In this document: positions 36,677-45,882 of the stretch, in pieces
How the letters are laid out: each line of letters starts with the position of its first letter
Numbering within the stretch: position 1 is the first letter of the stretch
Assembly: GCA_964618765.1 (NCBI GenBank)
Contig: CAZUDZ010000002.1
Span: 3,166-64,128, forward strand
Origin: an uncultured Candidatus Saccharibacteria bacterium
GTDB taxonomy: Bacteria > Patescibacteriota > Dojkabacteria > SC72
DNA: 60,963 bases
Direction of reading: 5' to 3'
Position numbers and translations under genes: made by a program
The notes under the pieces: model-generated
Told to the model about the DNA's origin: nothing
What the model saw: only the letters and a program-made list of their open reading frames with translations
Databases searched by the model: none

Positions 36677-36943
36677 ATGAAAGAACAGAAAGAGAGAGAT
36701 CATTCCTTCCTCCTTGGATTCTGTATTACCCTCGGGACAATTGTGATAGGCCTCATCAGCTATATTGTCTTTACTTCTGATTTCCCTGGGAGAGAAAAAG
36801 CTCGTTGCGAATATGCAGGTTGGGCATATGCAACAGGTGAGACATTTGATGCCATCGATGGTTGTAATACTTGCGCTTGTAACGATGGGGTTGTCGTATG
36901 TACCGAGATGGCTTGTGAAGAGCCAATCGAAGATTTAAATTAA
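36677..36943 (+). CDS. Membrane-anchored VWC/pacifastin-like disulfide module
   Basis: TM helix, then RCEYAGWAYATGETFDAIDGCNTCACNDGVVVCTEMAC (6 Cys). Confidence 0.75.
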   Translation: MKEQKERDHSFLLGFCITLGTIVIGLISYIVFTSDFPGREKARCEYAGWAYATGETFDAIDGCNTCACNDGVVVCTEMACEEPIEDLN

Positions 36944-36956
36944 ATATTTTAATAGT

Positions 36957-37775
36957 ATGAAAGTAGAAGAAAACATACAGACAACTGCCCCAAGTAATCC
37001 TTCTAAGCAAACTCCCTTAGATGGAAAAGACCGTGGGATAGGAGTAATCATCTTAAATATCCTTCTAGCACTAGTAACTGTCGTGTTACTAGGTTACATA
37101 GCATACAGGAATGGATATATTAATTTGGATAACATATTAAATACTCAAGAGGAAAAAGAGATTGAGGAGGAGGAAGAAGAAAAAGAAGCAGAAGAGATCC
37201 AGAAGGAACTTCTTACAGTAGAAACGTACGACGGAGATTATTTCTCAGCAGTAATACCTCTAGGATGGGAAATCGTGGAATATCCTGACGGGAAAGGAAC
37301 AAAGATGATAGCGGAGGGATCAGAATATACTGGTTTAACTGGGATTCAAATCTTAAAAGGGACAGAAGAAATCATGAGAATTGAGGGAGTCTCTGGAATC
37401 GGTTTTGTAGGATGTCCTGAACTTCCTAGGTTTAAGGATAGTTCACCTAGCTATGAAAAAGAACAGAAAGAGATAACGAAAGAGATTGATGAGGAGATAA
37501 AATTTCTTGATTTTGCAGATACCCCCTACTCTGAATTTAAATGGTTAGAGGAAAGATTTAGAAGAGTTGGAGCAGCCCTCTATTACGACACCGTCAAGGG
37601 AGATGAATTTTTCGAACCTCAATGCGAGGTCTCTTTCTTTAGAATAGAAGAATTCGGATTTAAAGATGCAGACGGATACGAGGGGGATACATACATGTAT
37701 ACGATATCCCAAGAGGCTTCAGAAGAGGACTTAGAAACGCTAGACAAAATATTAATAAGTATGGTTCCTAATTAA
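36957..37775 (+). CDS. Membrane-anchored acidic hypothetical protein
   Basis: One TM helix, a Glu-rich stalk and an external domain with two Cys. Confidence 0.75.
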   Translation: MKVEENIQTTAPSNPSKQTPLDGKDRGIGVIILNILLALVTVVLLGYIAYRNGYINLDNILNTQEEKEIEEEEEEKEAEEIQKELLTVETYDGDYFSAVIPLGWEIVEYPDGKGTKMIAEGSEYTGLTGIQILKGTEEIMRIEGVSGIGFVGCPELPRFKDSSPSYEKEQKEITKEIDEEIKFLDFADTPYSEFKWLEERFRRVGAALYYDTVKGDEFFEPQCEVSFFRIEEFGFKDADGYEGDTYMYTISQEASEEDLETLDKILISMVPN

Positions 37776-38514
37776 TATTACTCTCTTTCTCAAATCTGTT
37801 TTTAAAATAGATAGAAGAAAGAAATAGGAAGAGAAAGACTCCCAAAGAGAAGATAAATTCTACCATCTCATGATCTTGCGGACTCATATATATCGTAATG
37901 CTTGGAGAAATATTTAGGATTAATGGCAAGAAGTAGAGAGAGAGGTATGGAGGAATAATTAAAAATCGAACAAAATTTTTAACGTCCTTCCTGATCTCTA
38001 CTATCTTTCCAAAGATACACACAACTAACCAACCAAAACAAGCATAGATTGATATTGCCGCATATATATACCCTACTCTGCTGTGAATGGCTTTAAAGTT
38101 ATGTAAATTCATCTCGGATTGTACATTGTTTTGAAGAAACGGTATTTGGGTCTGCCCATCAAAGATACCTGGGGACTGAAGATTGAAAAGTCTTTCTCCC
38201 CAGCTAATTTCTTCTCCTGCTATAAATAGTAAACCTACAGATAGGATTAGGAAAAGAAGAAAGAAAGGTTTAGAAACTTTTCTAAGTCTGGAAGATAGTA
38301 TCAAAGCTACCACCCCAGATGCTCCAAAGAGACAGAACTGTAACCACTCCACTATGTGATCTTCTGTCCCAACTACTTCATAGAGAGGATAATTGGTACC
38401 TCTTAACCAAAGTATTGCAAAACCTAGGAGTATTGGAAATATAGTTACAAGAACAAGGAGAACAGTTCTCTTTGTTTTATTTCCCAATATTATTTTATCA
38501 AAAGAAACATACAT
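37768..38514 (-). CDS. Multi-TM hypothetical membrane protein
   Basis: TEDHIVEWLQF, AGEEISWGERLF, EMNLHN and DHEMVEF. The start was trimmed to MYVSF. Confidence 0.75.
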   Translation of the reverse strand: MYVSFDKIILGNKTKRTVLLVLVTIFPILLGFAILWLRGTNYPLYEVVGTEDHIVEWLQFCLFGASGVVALILSSRLRKVSKPFFLLFLILSVGLLFIAGEEISWGERLFNLQSPGIFDGQTQIPFLQNNVQSEMNLHNFKAIHSRVGYIYAAISIYACFGWLVVCIFGKIVEIRKDVKNFVRFLIIPPYLSLYFLPLILNISPSITIYMSPQDHEMVEFIFSLGVFLFLFLSSIYFKNRFEKESNIN

Positions 38515-38678
38515 GGGGTATATGTTACTAGATATACAAAAAGATGTTAAGAGTAGATTAAAAATGTCAGCACTGAAAAGAAATAGCAGAATTAAACCTA
38601 GGAATTCCAAACATACCACATCAAGACTGAGGCCTAATCTATGATATTATATTGCATATAACTTAATTCAGAAAAAGC

Positions 38679-39572
38679 ATGGAGGGGATACCTGAGCACG
38701 AGACTACCTTAGAAACAGAAGAATTGGCATCCACAACTACAGAACAAAATGCCCAAGTAGTCGAAACTCTGTCATCTAACGAAGAAAACGAATGGTACCC
38801 CATTAGAGTAAAGGGTCAGCCTGAAGGGACTGTAATCACAACAGATCAAGATCAATCACAGTTAAAATATATGCTGAATTTTAGAAAAATTTTAGAGAGT
38901 GGCAAGTGGTTAACAGAAATAGTAGAAGATGAAGAGGGTTTTCTCTCCTTAAAACTAGATCCTGTAATGACAGAGGGAATTGAAAAGATCGGAGAGGATG
39001 AATACCTAGATACTAGAATTGCTAGCAAAAATGAAAACGGGGACATTATATTACTACCTGAAAGTGGTTATGAGGAATATGTCGAAAATGATTTTAAAGA
39101 CAATGATAACCTTCTACACAGAGGAATGTCCTTTGAGGAAATGAAGGAGATACAAAGGACTGGAATTGTAAAAAGCAGGGGCGATGTGGTAGGAAATGGA
39201 CTAACATTCTTTTCAAAAACCCCCTCCGAATCAATGGGATATGCAATTGAGGGCCAAATGCCAAAAGGTTTGGGAATGCCTACTTTCGAATACCCTACAT
39301 ATCATATCTCGATAGAAGATCCCAAGAACTATTCTTACGAAGGAGGTTTCGAGGTAGCACTCTCCGAGAGTGTTCCCAGTGAGAAAATAGTCGAGAGTGT
39401 CGAAATTCGCCCATACTATATCAAGGGAGGCAGAATCCCTCTTAACAAAGACCTAGAAGGGAGATTAACTCCAACCCACGATTACAATATACTCTTCCAA
39501 AATCCTATTAAACTTAAGGTCGCAATTAAAAAATTCACCAGGGAAGCAAGCGACAAAGAAACCCTACAGTAA
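38679..39572 (+). CDS. Acidic hypothetical protein
   Basis: 297-aa ORF. LLHRGMS..E and LTFFS are faintly reminiscent of ADP-ribosyltransferase-like folds, which is unverified. Confidence 0.65.
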   Translation: MEGIPEHETTLETEELASTTTEQNAQVVETLSSNEENEWYPIRVKGQPEGTVITTDQDQSQLKYMLNFRKILESGKWLTEIVEDEEGFLSLKLDPVMTEGIEKIGEDEYLDTRIASKNENGDIILLPESGYEEYVENDFKDNDNLLHRGMSFEEMKEIQRTGIVKSRGDVVGNGLTFFSKTPSESMGYAIEGQMPKGLGMPTFEYPTYHISIEDPKNYSYEGGFEVALSESVPSEKIVESVEIRPYYIKGGRIPLNKDLEGRLTPTHDYNILFQNPIKLKVAIKKFTREASDKETLQ

Positions 39573-39631
39573 GACTAAAAATACCAATGTAGGATGTCCC
39601 CTATAGGTGCCAGATAGTGACATAACCGATA

Positions 39632-39660
39632 CTGACACAGCCTATAAGTAATGCTATAAT
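39632..39660 (+). promoter_or_regulatory. Sigma70-type promoter of the thyX-like gene
   Basis: CTGACA (39632-39637), 17-nt spacer, TG-C-TATAAT (39652-39660). SD AAGGAGG at 39724-39730. Confidence 0.75.
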
Positions 39661-39736
39661 CCACAAGTTCGTAAGAACAGATCTTTAACAAATAGAAGTA
39701 ATAAACAAACCCCACAAGAACTGAAGGAGGATTAAG

Positions 39737-40924
39737 ATGAATGTTTTGCTTTTGCCGACAACAAGCTTTTTGGATCAGGAAGGTAAATTCAACATAAATA
39801 AAGCATTACTACAATGTGGAAGAATAGGAGGAATATGTTATAGCCCAGATGGGTACGAGAAATTAAGAAGGGAGAAAGTCGAAACTACAATAAAGAGAGT
39901 TGATTTAACAATCAATCTCGGACACCACAGTATCTATGATCATGTGCAGATATCTCTTGAGATAGAAGGGATCCCAAAGATCTTAGCAATGATACTGAAC
40001 AACGAGAAGCAGTACACGACTAGTGAGAAATCTAGTCGATATACTCACATTGTAGCTAACCAAGACTCCCCTCTTTCCGAGATTGAAGTCCAACTGTACG
40101 AGAAATGGATTACAATTTTCGAAGAGATGATCTCTGAGCAGTATCCAGAGATTGACGAGAGAAAAAGAAAGAAACTTGCACTTGAGAACGCAAGGTATTT
40201 TGTCTCTGTGTTTGTCCCAACCAATATGGTTTATACTGTTCCTTTAGGACAGTTAAATCGTATAGCTAGATGGCTAGATGATTATACAAAAGAGAGGAAC
40301 GATCCATTAGCAGAGAGACTATCTCCTTCCATAAAAAATTTCCTATCTAGTCTTAATAAACTCAATTTAATTGAGCCAAGACTACAAAGTAACGAGAAAT
40401 CAAGAGAACTATCTCTCTTTGTCCCGAAGTGGAAAACTTCATCGTACAAAGAAATTTTTGGGATAGTGTACGCAACTAGGTACTCTGGTTCGTTTGCACA
40501 ATTAGCACAAGCACACAGACATCGGACGATTCACTACCAAATGGATATTCCAACAATATTTCGTGCATTCGTACCTCCAATCTTGAAAAACTATCCTCAG
40601 AAACAGCAAATGTGGATCAAAGATATGCAAAAGGTTGAGAGCCTGTTTCCACAAGGACAGATGATTGAAATATACGAAGAAGGTTCTCTCGAAATGTTCT
40701 TACTCAAGTGCAAAGAAAGGTTGTGTACACATGCTCAACAGGAAATAATGTTGCAAACCTCAGAAACCTTGAGAAGATACTTGTCTTCAATAGAGGGAGA
40801 GAATCCTAATCTATACACCTACCTTCTACAATACAGCAAGGGTGCAAGATGTACCTTTCCAGATTATATCTGCATGAATCCTTGTGGATTTAAGGAAGGT
40901 GTTAATTTAACAAGAAATATCTAA
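39737..40924 (+). CDS. thyX: Tandem-domain flavin-dependent thymidylate synthase
   Basis: GGICYS, GHHSIYDH, SEKSSRY and ENARY in domain 1; QAHRHRT and KERLCTHAQQEI in domain 2. Confidence 0.85.
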   Translation: MNVLLLPTTSFLDQEGKFNINKALLQCGRIGGICYSPDGYEKLRREKVETTIKRVDLTINLGHHSIYDHVQISLEIEGIPKILAMILNNEKQYTTSEKSSRYTHIVANQDSPLSEIEVQLYEKWITIFEEMISEQYPEIDERKRKKLALENARYFVSVFVPTNMVYTVPLGQLNRIARWLDDYTKERNDPLAERLSPSIKNFLSSLNKLNLIEPRLQSNEKSRELSLFVPKWKTSSYKEIFGIVYATRYSGSFAQLAQAHRHRTIHYQMDIPTIFRAFVPPILKNYPQKQQMWIKDMQKVESLFPQGQMIEIYEEGSLEMFLLKCKERLCTHAQQEIMLQTSETLRRYLSSIEGENPNLYTYLLQYSKGARCTFPDYICMNPCGFKEGVNLTRNI

Positions 40925-40996
40925 TTGATTAGTTTAAAGGGAGGAATAGAGCCAATAGCTCTTTCACTATTACTTCTATTTTTCCCTTTATGGATC

Positions 40997-41413
40997 TGGA
41001 GACGACGGGAATTGAACCCATGTCCAAAAGCTTTGTCTAGTACCATGTACAAACATAGTTAACCCTGTATAGTAAGATATTTCTAGAAAGGTTAACAAAA
41101 AGAAATATCCCCTCGGTTATATATCTAAGTTAGTTACCCTACCGACCAAATAATTAACCGTACCCTGATAACGACTATCTATATCCCCCTATCAGAGAAA
41201 GAAGAAATAGACACTAGCCAAAATAATTAGCTAGACCTTATGCAAAGTTAAATGCATAAGCAGGAACTGCAAAAGCAGCCCTTAACTTAGCACCTAAATC
41301 ATTGACAAAGGCGACAATCTTATTTTCTACACTTAAGTTGTGTGTTGAATAACGAATCAACAAACGGTTTGTGATAACTAAACGCAATCTTCTGTCGAAT
41401 GCCTTACGTCCCC
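40997..41413 (-). ncRNA. ssrA: tmRNA
   Basis: 5' GGGGACGTAAGGCATTCGAC pairs with 3' GGGTTCAATTCCCGTCGTCTCCA. Tag ORF at 41330-41238 ends AFNFA*. TATAAT at 41440-41435. smpB is in the window. Confidence 0.93.
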
Positions 41414-41444
41414 ATATTGATAAAGAACATCAGTATTATACCAT

Positions 41445-41654
41445 TTATTTATATCCTTTTGAACCACCTGAATGACCCCCTATTCTATACAGAACAATAA
41501 CCCCATTATCCTTAAAAAACCAAAGAACCCTTATATCCCCTGTTACTCTCGAGCTATACACTTTCCCTAAAGAGGAAATTCTAACAAAATGAGCATATAA
41601 TCTAGAATTAAAAGGATTTTCTCTTAAAGCCCCTATTATCACACAAAGAGACAC
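41445..41654 (-). pseudogene. RelE/YafQ-family toxin-like fragment
   Basis: ENPFNSRLYAH...YSSRVTGDIRVLWFF...IGGHS matches the C-terminal part of RelE/YafQ. The frame upstream is closed by stops and there is no antitoxin. Confidence 0.55.
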
Positions 41655-41658
41655 ATCG

Positions 41659-42939
41659 TCAAATTTCTTTTTCTTGCTCTCCTTTTACTAAATCCTTGTA
41701 ATAATACCCACTCTCCCTTATCTTCCTGTCTAAAGTCTTCCTATCTACCTCAACCAACCCAAACTTGGGCCAAAAACCCTCTGCCCATTCAAAATTATCT
41801 AATAAAGACCAATGAAGATATCCAAAAAGATCAACACCCTCTTCCAAAGCACCCTCCATAGCTCTAAAAGTTTCATCCAACCACCATTTCCTGTACCTAT
41901 CCTCCCTGTCTGCCAAACCATTCTCTGTAATAATAATTGGTAAATCATATTTATCTTTTAAATCTTTCAAAACATAATATATGGAATATGGTTTCAAACC
42001 CCATCCAATATCACTTCTCTTCTCGTATTCACCTTTCAGCCCTATTCCACATATCTCAAAATCAAAATAGAAATTAAGGCTTATGTAATCTAAATGGTTT
42101 TTAATTTTATTTAAGAAAAGCTCATTATTAAACCAGTGAGAAATTTTAGCTAACATGTTGTTAATAAACCTGTTTCTATACCCCCTGTATCTCTGGTTAT
42201 TTTTAGCTAAAGAGACCTGAAGATTATTATCATATTGCTTAATAACCACATATGCTCTCTTGTGCATATTAACAAGATTAACAAAACAAACCTTCCAGAA
42301 CTTAAAAATATTTTTCTTTTGGGGAGGCCACTTTCCTTGAAGATAGCTAGAGGTAGAGATAACTAATGGTTCATTTATTGTCACCCAGTACTTAACATCC
42401 TCTCCAAAATTCTTTACAAGAACATCAACATACCTTTCAAAATATTCAACTATATTCTTAGCTAACAAACCTCCTTCTTCCTCAAGCCATAGAGGTATTG
42501 GCCAATGCCAACATGTTAAAAAAGGCTCTATACCATTATCCTTCATTTCCTTTATTAACCTACTGTAGTAATCTAATCCCTCCTTTGAAAACTCTCCTTT
42601 TTTTGATTCTACCCTAGACCAATCTACAGAGAATCTGTAGCTATTCAAACCAAGCTCCTTTAAAAGTTGTACATCCTCTTTATATCGATTAAAACTGTCT
42701 GCTGCTTTACCACTTATATAATTTTCATATATACAAGCCTCTTGCATATTCTCCTTCCCTATTGGATAGTTGAAGAAACCCTTTCTTCCTTTCCTGTAGA
42801 ATTCACCCTCTACCTTTGCATGATCCTTCTCCCACTTGGACCAATTATTGTTAAGCCCTCCCTCTACCTGATGTGCCGATGTAGCTGCTCCCCAGTAGAA
42901 GTCTTTAGAAAATTTAAATGCCATCTTCTTGTTGGACAC
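41659..42939 (-). CDS. Glycoside hydrolase family 1
   Basis: FYWGAATSAHQVEG, YRFSVDWSR, TINEP (acid/base), ITENG (nucleophile) and WSLLDNFEW. Confidence 0.95.
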   Translation of the reverse strand: MSNKKMAFKFSKDFYWGAATSAHQVEGGLNNNWSKWEKDHAKVEGEFYRKGRKGFFNYPIGKENMQEACIYENYISGKAADSFNRYKEDVQLLKELGLNSYRFSVDWSRVESKKGEFSKEGLDYYSRLIKEMKDNGIEPFLTCWHWPIPLWLEEEGGLLAKNIVEYFERYVDVLVKNFGEDVKYWVTINEPLVISTSSYLQGKWPPQKKNIFKFWKVCFVNLVNMHKRAYVVIKQYDNNLQVSLAKNNQRYRGYRNRFINNMLAKISHWFNNELFLNKIKNHLDYISLNFYFDFEICGIGLKGEYEKRSDIGWGLKPYSIYYVLKDLKDKYDLPIIITENGLADREDRYRKWWLDETFRAMEGALEEGVDLFGYLHWSLLDNFEWAEGFWPKFGLVEVDRKTLDRKIRESGYYYKDLVKGEQEKEI

Positions 42940-42944
42940 TAAGT

Positions 42945-43682
42945 TTAACCCTGCTTCCCCTTAACACTCTCCCACAACCCAATACTTGTAGCTACAGCTA
43001 GGTTCAAAGAATCAATATCATTACTGTGAGGGATATACACCCTCTCCCCTACACTCTCGTACTCCTCGCCCAACCCTCTACTCTCATTTCCTTGAATTAT
43101 GGTAAAAGGCTCTTTAAACTCAACCTCCTCGATGTTCTTTCCTCTATCTAAAACAAATGGGTAGTAGTTCTGTTTCGAGAATTCGGACATATACTCCTGA
43201 ATAGCTTTGTAGTGTTTAAAGCGTATGTTAAAAAGTGCTCCCATCGTAGACCTAACAACCTTCGGATCAAAAATATCTACACTTGGTTCAACTATCGCTA
43301 AATTTCTAAAACCAAAACCTAACATAGTACGAATAATGGTTCCTAAATTCCCCATATTACTAGGATTATCCAAAAGAAGATGATTTTCTCCCTCCTCTAA
43401 TTCGGACACATACTTCTCAAAAACACCCACCACATATGTGTTCTCCTTAAAAGCCAATTTCTCAATTAACCTGTCATTACTCTCCAAATGTATCCCTTCT
43501 TTCTTACATACATCACAAATCTCCCTAACCCCTTCTGTTTGCATACTCTCTTCCTTCACCAAGACTTTAAGAACCTCTCCCTTTCTGTGTTTGATGAGCT
43601 CCAAAGTAGGATATATTCCAAAGGAATATGAATGAGAAAACTTCTTCTGATATTTCTTCAATTTAGGCATTAACATGTACAT
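42945..43682 (-). CDS. TrmH/SpoU family RNA methyltransferase
   Basis: LDNPSNMGNLGTIIRT, GNESRGL and IPHSNDIDSLNLAVA. Confidence 0.92.
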   Translation of the reverse strand: MYMLMPKLKKYQKKFSHSYSFGIYPTLELIKHRKGEVLKVLVKEESMQTEGVREICDVCKKEGIHLESNDRLIEKLAFKENTYVVGVFEKYVSELEEGENHLLLDNPSNMGNLGTIIRTMLGFGFRNLAIVEPSVDIFDPKVVRSTMGALFNIRFKHYKAIQEYMSEFSKQNYYPFVLDRGKNIEEVEFKEPFTIIQGNESRGLGEEYESVGERVYIPHSNDIDSLNLAVATSIGLWESVKGKQG

Positions 43683-43685
43683 ATA

Positions 43686-44282
43686 CTATCTCTTTTTCCT
43701 TTTCTTTGCACCTTTCTGTTTAATCTTTACCTCACGAAGATCATTTACAAACCCTACCGTTAAAGCCAAACGACCAAAAAGGTTAACAAGAGAAGAATAC
43801 TCTAACAATTTACTACCCTCATTCAGTAGGTTCTCTAAGAGAAACATCCTCGAAAAAAGAAAAAGGGAAAGAGCAAAGATTATCCAAAAATCTAGGTTGG
43901 AGTAAATCCAGTTTTTCCTTCGAAAGAAATATACAAGGAAAACAAACAGAGAAACGATCAAACCAACAGTAATCAGTATCTGCGTAAAGGTATCTAAGCT
44001 CTGTAGTCGTACAGAAGATATTGCTGAAAAGCCTAAAACAAAAAGGGAATGAGACAAGGAAAAGGAGCCCTTCTGTTTAATAGTGACCCTATATCGAAGA
44101 AAGATTACAACCAAAAGAAAAAGAGAGAAAACTGCAGAAGAAAGAGATATTGCCTTTTCTGCATTATCAAACCAAAGCAGATTTTTAACAAAAACAGAGA
44201 ATATTAAAAGAATACTTAAGACAAAAAACATCATTAAAAATTGAAGGAAAACATGCTCGCCGTCTAACTTCTTCTGGTTCAT
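43686..44282 (-). CDS. Multi-TM hypothetical membrane protein
   Basis: About six hydrophobic helices and a basic C-terminal tail. Confidence 0.65.
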   Translation of the reverse strand: MNQKKLDGEHVFLQFLMMFFVLSILLIFSVFVKNLLWFDNAEKAISLSSAVFSLFLLVVIFLRYRVTIKQKGSFSLSHSLFVLGFSAISSVRLQSLDTFTQILITVGLIVSLFVFLVYFFRRKNWIYSNLDFWIIFALSLFLFSRMFLLENLLNEGSKLLEYSSLVNLFGRLALTVGFVNDLREVKIKQKGAKKRKKR

Positions 44283-44534
44283 AATCCCTACCCTATTAAA
44301 TATATATTTAAATAATACAACAGTTAAGGACTTTTTAAAACAAAATAGAATGTAGCAATACTATCTTCCTATAGTTCGATAATTAGAAATTATAGTTTTC
44401 TGTATGGAGGAAAGATGCCTTTACAGTAGCCTTTTAGTGCTGTCCCTTGTGGTTGTCCACAAAAGAGAAGCAACTGTGTTTAACTTTCTTTCAGAGGACT
44501 TCTGAACTACTAAATATGGAATACATAGCAACAA

Positions 44535-44623
44535 CGGAGGGAGAGGGATTCGAACCCCCGGTCCCAAATAAATGAGACAAAGCATTTCGAGTGCTTCCCT
44601 TTCGACCACTCAGGCATCCCTCC
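44535..44623 (-). tRNA. tRNA-Ser (CGA)
   Basis: GGAGGGATGCCTGAGTGG...AAGCA-CT-CGA-AA-TGCTT...long variable arm...TCCCTCCG. Confidence 0.93.
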
Positions 44624-44668
44624 TTTCGCTTATTATATCAATAATCTTGAAATATTTATGTATTACTA

Positions 44669-45370
44669 CTAGACCTTCTCCAAAGGTATGTATTCACCAT
44701 ATGTTAACCTATCCAATCTTCCCCATTTTCGAATATCCTTGTACAGTAACTTGTCCTGCAAGAGTACAAATATGGGATCCTTATCCTTCTCCCCTACTAA
44801 AAATATCAATGTCCCTGGAAAGTTCAACTTAGTCTCTACAATTAGAAATATTGTGCCCTCTTTCTTAGCAAAGAAGAATTTATCTAACAGATACCACTCA
44901 TACAACCTTCCTGCAGTATCTATTCCTCTTGCGGTAATCTGATGCTTAAGCTTAACCGGTTTTGTAGTACCTGCAACATACAAAAGAAAGAGAACTGACA
45001 TAATTGCTGCCATGAGGAAATAGTTCTTTAATATCGCTAAGAGCAAAGCAAAAAGAAGTGCAAATACAACAATTACTAAAAATCCTTTCTTGTTAAAGCC
45101 AAACTGATACCTATCTGGAGCACTCCACTCAAAAAGCTTTATATTTTGTACAACCTTTCTTTTTGGAGCAGGATCATCCTCTAACCTAACCTCTTCCTTT
45201 ACTATCTCGTCCCTTCTTTTCTGTTTTTCCTGTTTTTTAGCCTCTATTTTTGCCTTCTTAATCTTCTCTTCCCTCTCTCTTAAATTCCTTTCCCCAGAAA
45301 CCATTTCCAAAAGTTTTCCAAACTCACTTTTTTCGTTTACGATCATTTCCTCTTTGTTTTTCTTGGTCAT
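44669..45370 (-). CDS. Membrane protein with a charged N-terminus and two TM helices (DUF5673-like)
   Basis: LFEWSAPDRY, two TM helices, QITARGI and YEWYLLDKF. Confidence 0.7.
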   Translation of the reverse strand: MTKKNKEEMIVNEKSEFGKLLEMVSGERNLREREEKIKKAKIEAKKQEKQKRRDEIVKEEVRLEDDPAPKRKVVQNIKLFEWSAPDRYQFGFNKKGFLVIVVFALLFALLLAILKNYFLMAAIMSVLFLLYVAGTTKPVKLKHQITARGIDTAGRLYEWYLLDKFFFAKKEGTIFLIVETKLNFPGTLIFLVGEKDKDPIFVLLQDKLLYKDIRKWGRLDRLTYGEYIPLEKV

Positions 45371-45377
45371 ATGATAA

Positions 45378-45800
45378 TCATATAATAAATGTAAATATTA
45401 AGACAACTAAAAGAATTGATATTCCCCATATCCAATTTAGTATATGAAAAAAGTTGAGTGCAAATACAGTTAGTACTCCCATTGTTAAAAGAAAAGATGC
45501 CTTAACTGTTCTTGCTATTCTTTCCTTCTTTTCACTTTCCTGTTTGGACAACATCTCGTCCTCTAGCTCCTCTTCTTCTCTCTTTTCCCCTTTTCTCTTT
45601 AAAAGGATTTGCACTAAGTATATTAAAAGATTAAACAAGGAGAAAGAGATTAGAGACACCAAAACTAGCAGTGTAAATATATTTATCCAATTGTACTCTC
45701 CTAAGTCATTTAGAGGAAGAAAGTTCGGGTTACTGAACAAATAGTACCCAAATGTGACAGAGGTTCCCAGTATTAAGATTATGGATAAAAGGTATTTCAT
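45378..45800 (-). CDS. Four-TM hypothetical protein
   Basis: 140 aa with four hydrophobic helices and an acidic loop. Confidence 0.65.
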   Translation of the reverse strand: MKYLLSIILILGTSVTFGYYLFSNPNFLPLNDLGEYNWINIFTLLVLVSLISFSLFNLLIYLVQILLKRKGEKREEEELEDEMLSKQESEKKERIARTVKASFLLTMGVLTVFALNFFHILNWIWGISILLVVLIFTFII

Positions 45801-45882
45801 AGCTTTATATTATCTAGGTTTTAATAATTAAAGTTAAGATCATTAGAATTTTTAAATTATATAAATTTTAATATATCTCCTT

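Noticed and set aside
38679-39572. Possible ADP-ribosyltransferase-like toxin
   Set aside because: Only weak motif hints (HRG, FS) were seen, too little to call without an HMM or structure search.
44447-44510. TGTGGTTGTCCACA palindrome with a DnaA-box-like half, and a TTCAGA..TCTGAA hairpin downstream of tRNA-Ser(CGA)
   Set aside because: These are short single occurrences with no U-tract and could arise by chance.
44421-44609. 62-aa ORF
   Set aside because: It is a shadow translation of tRNA-Ser(CGA).
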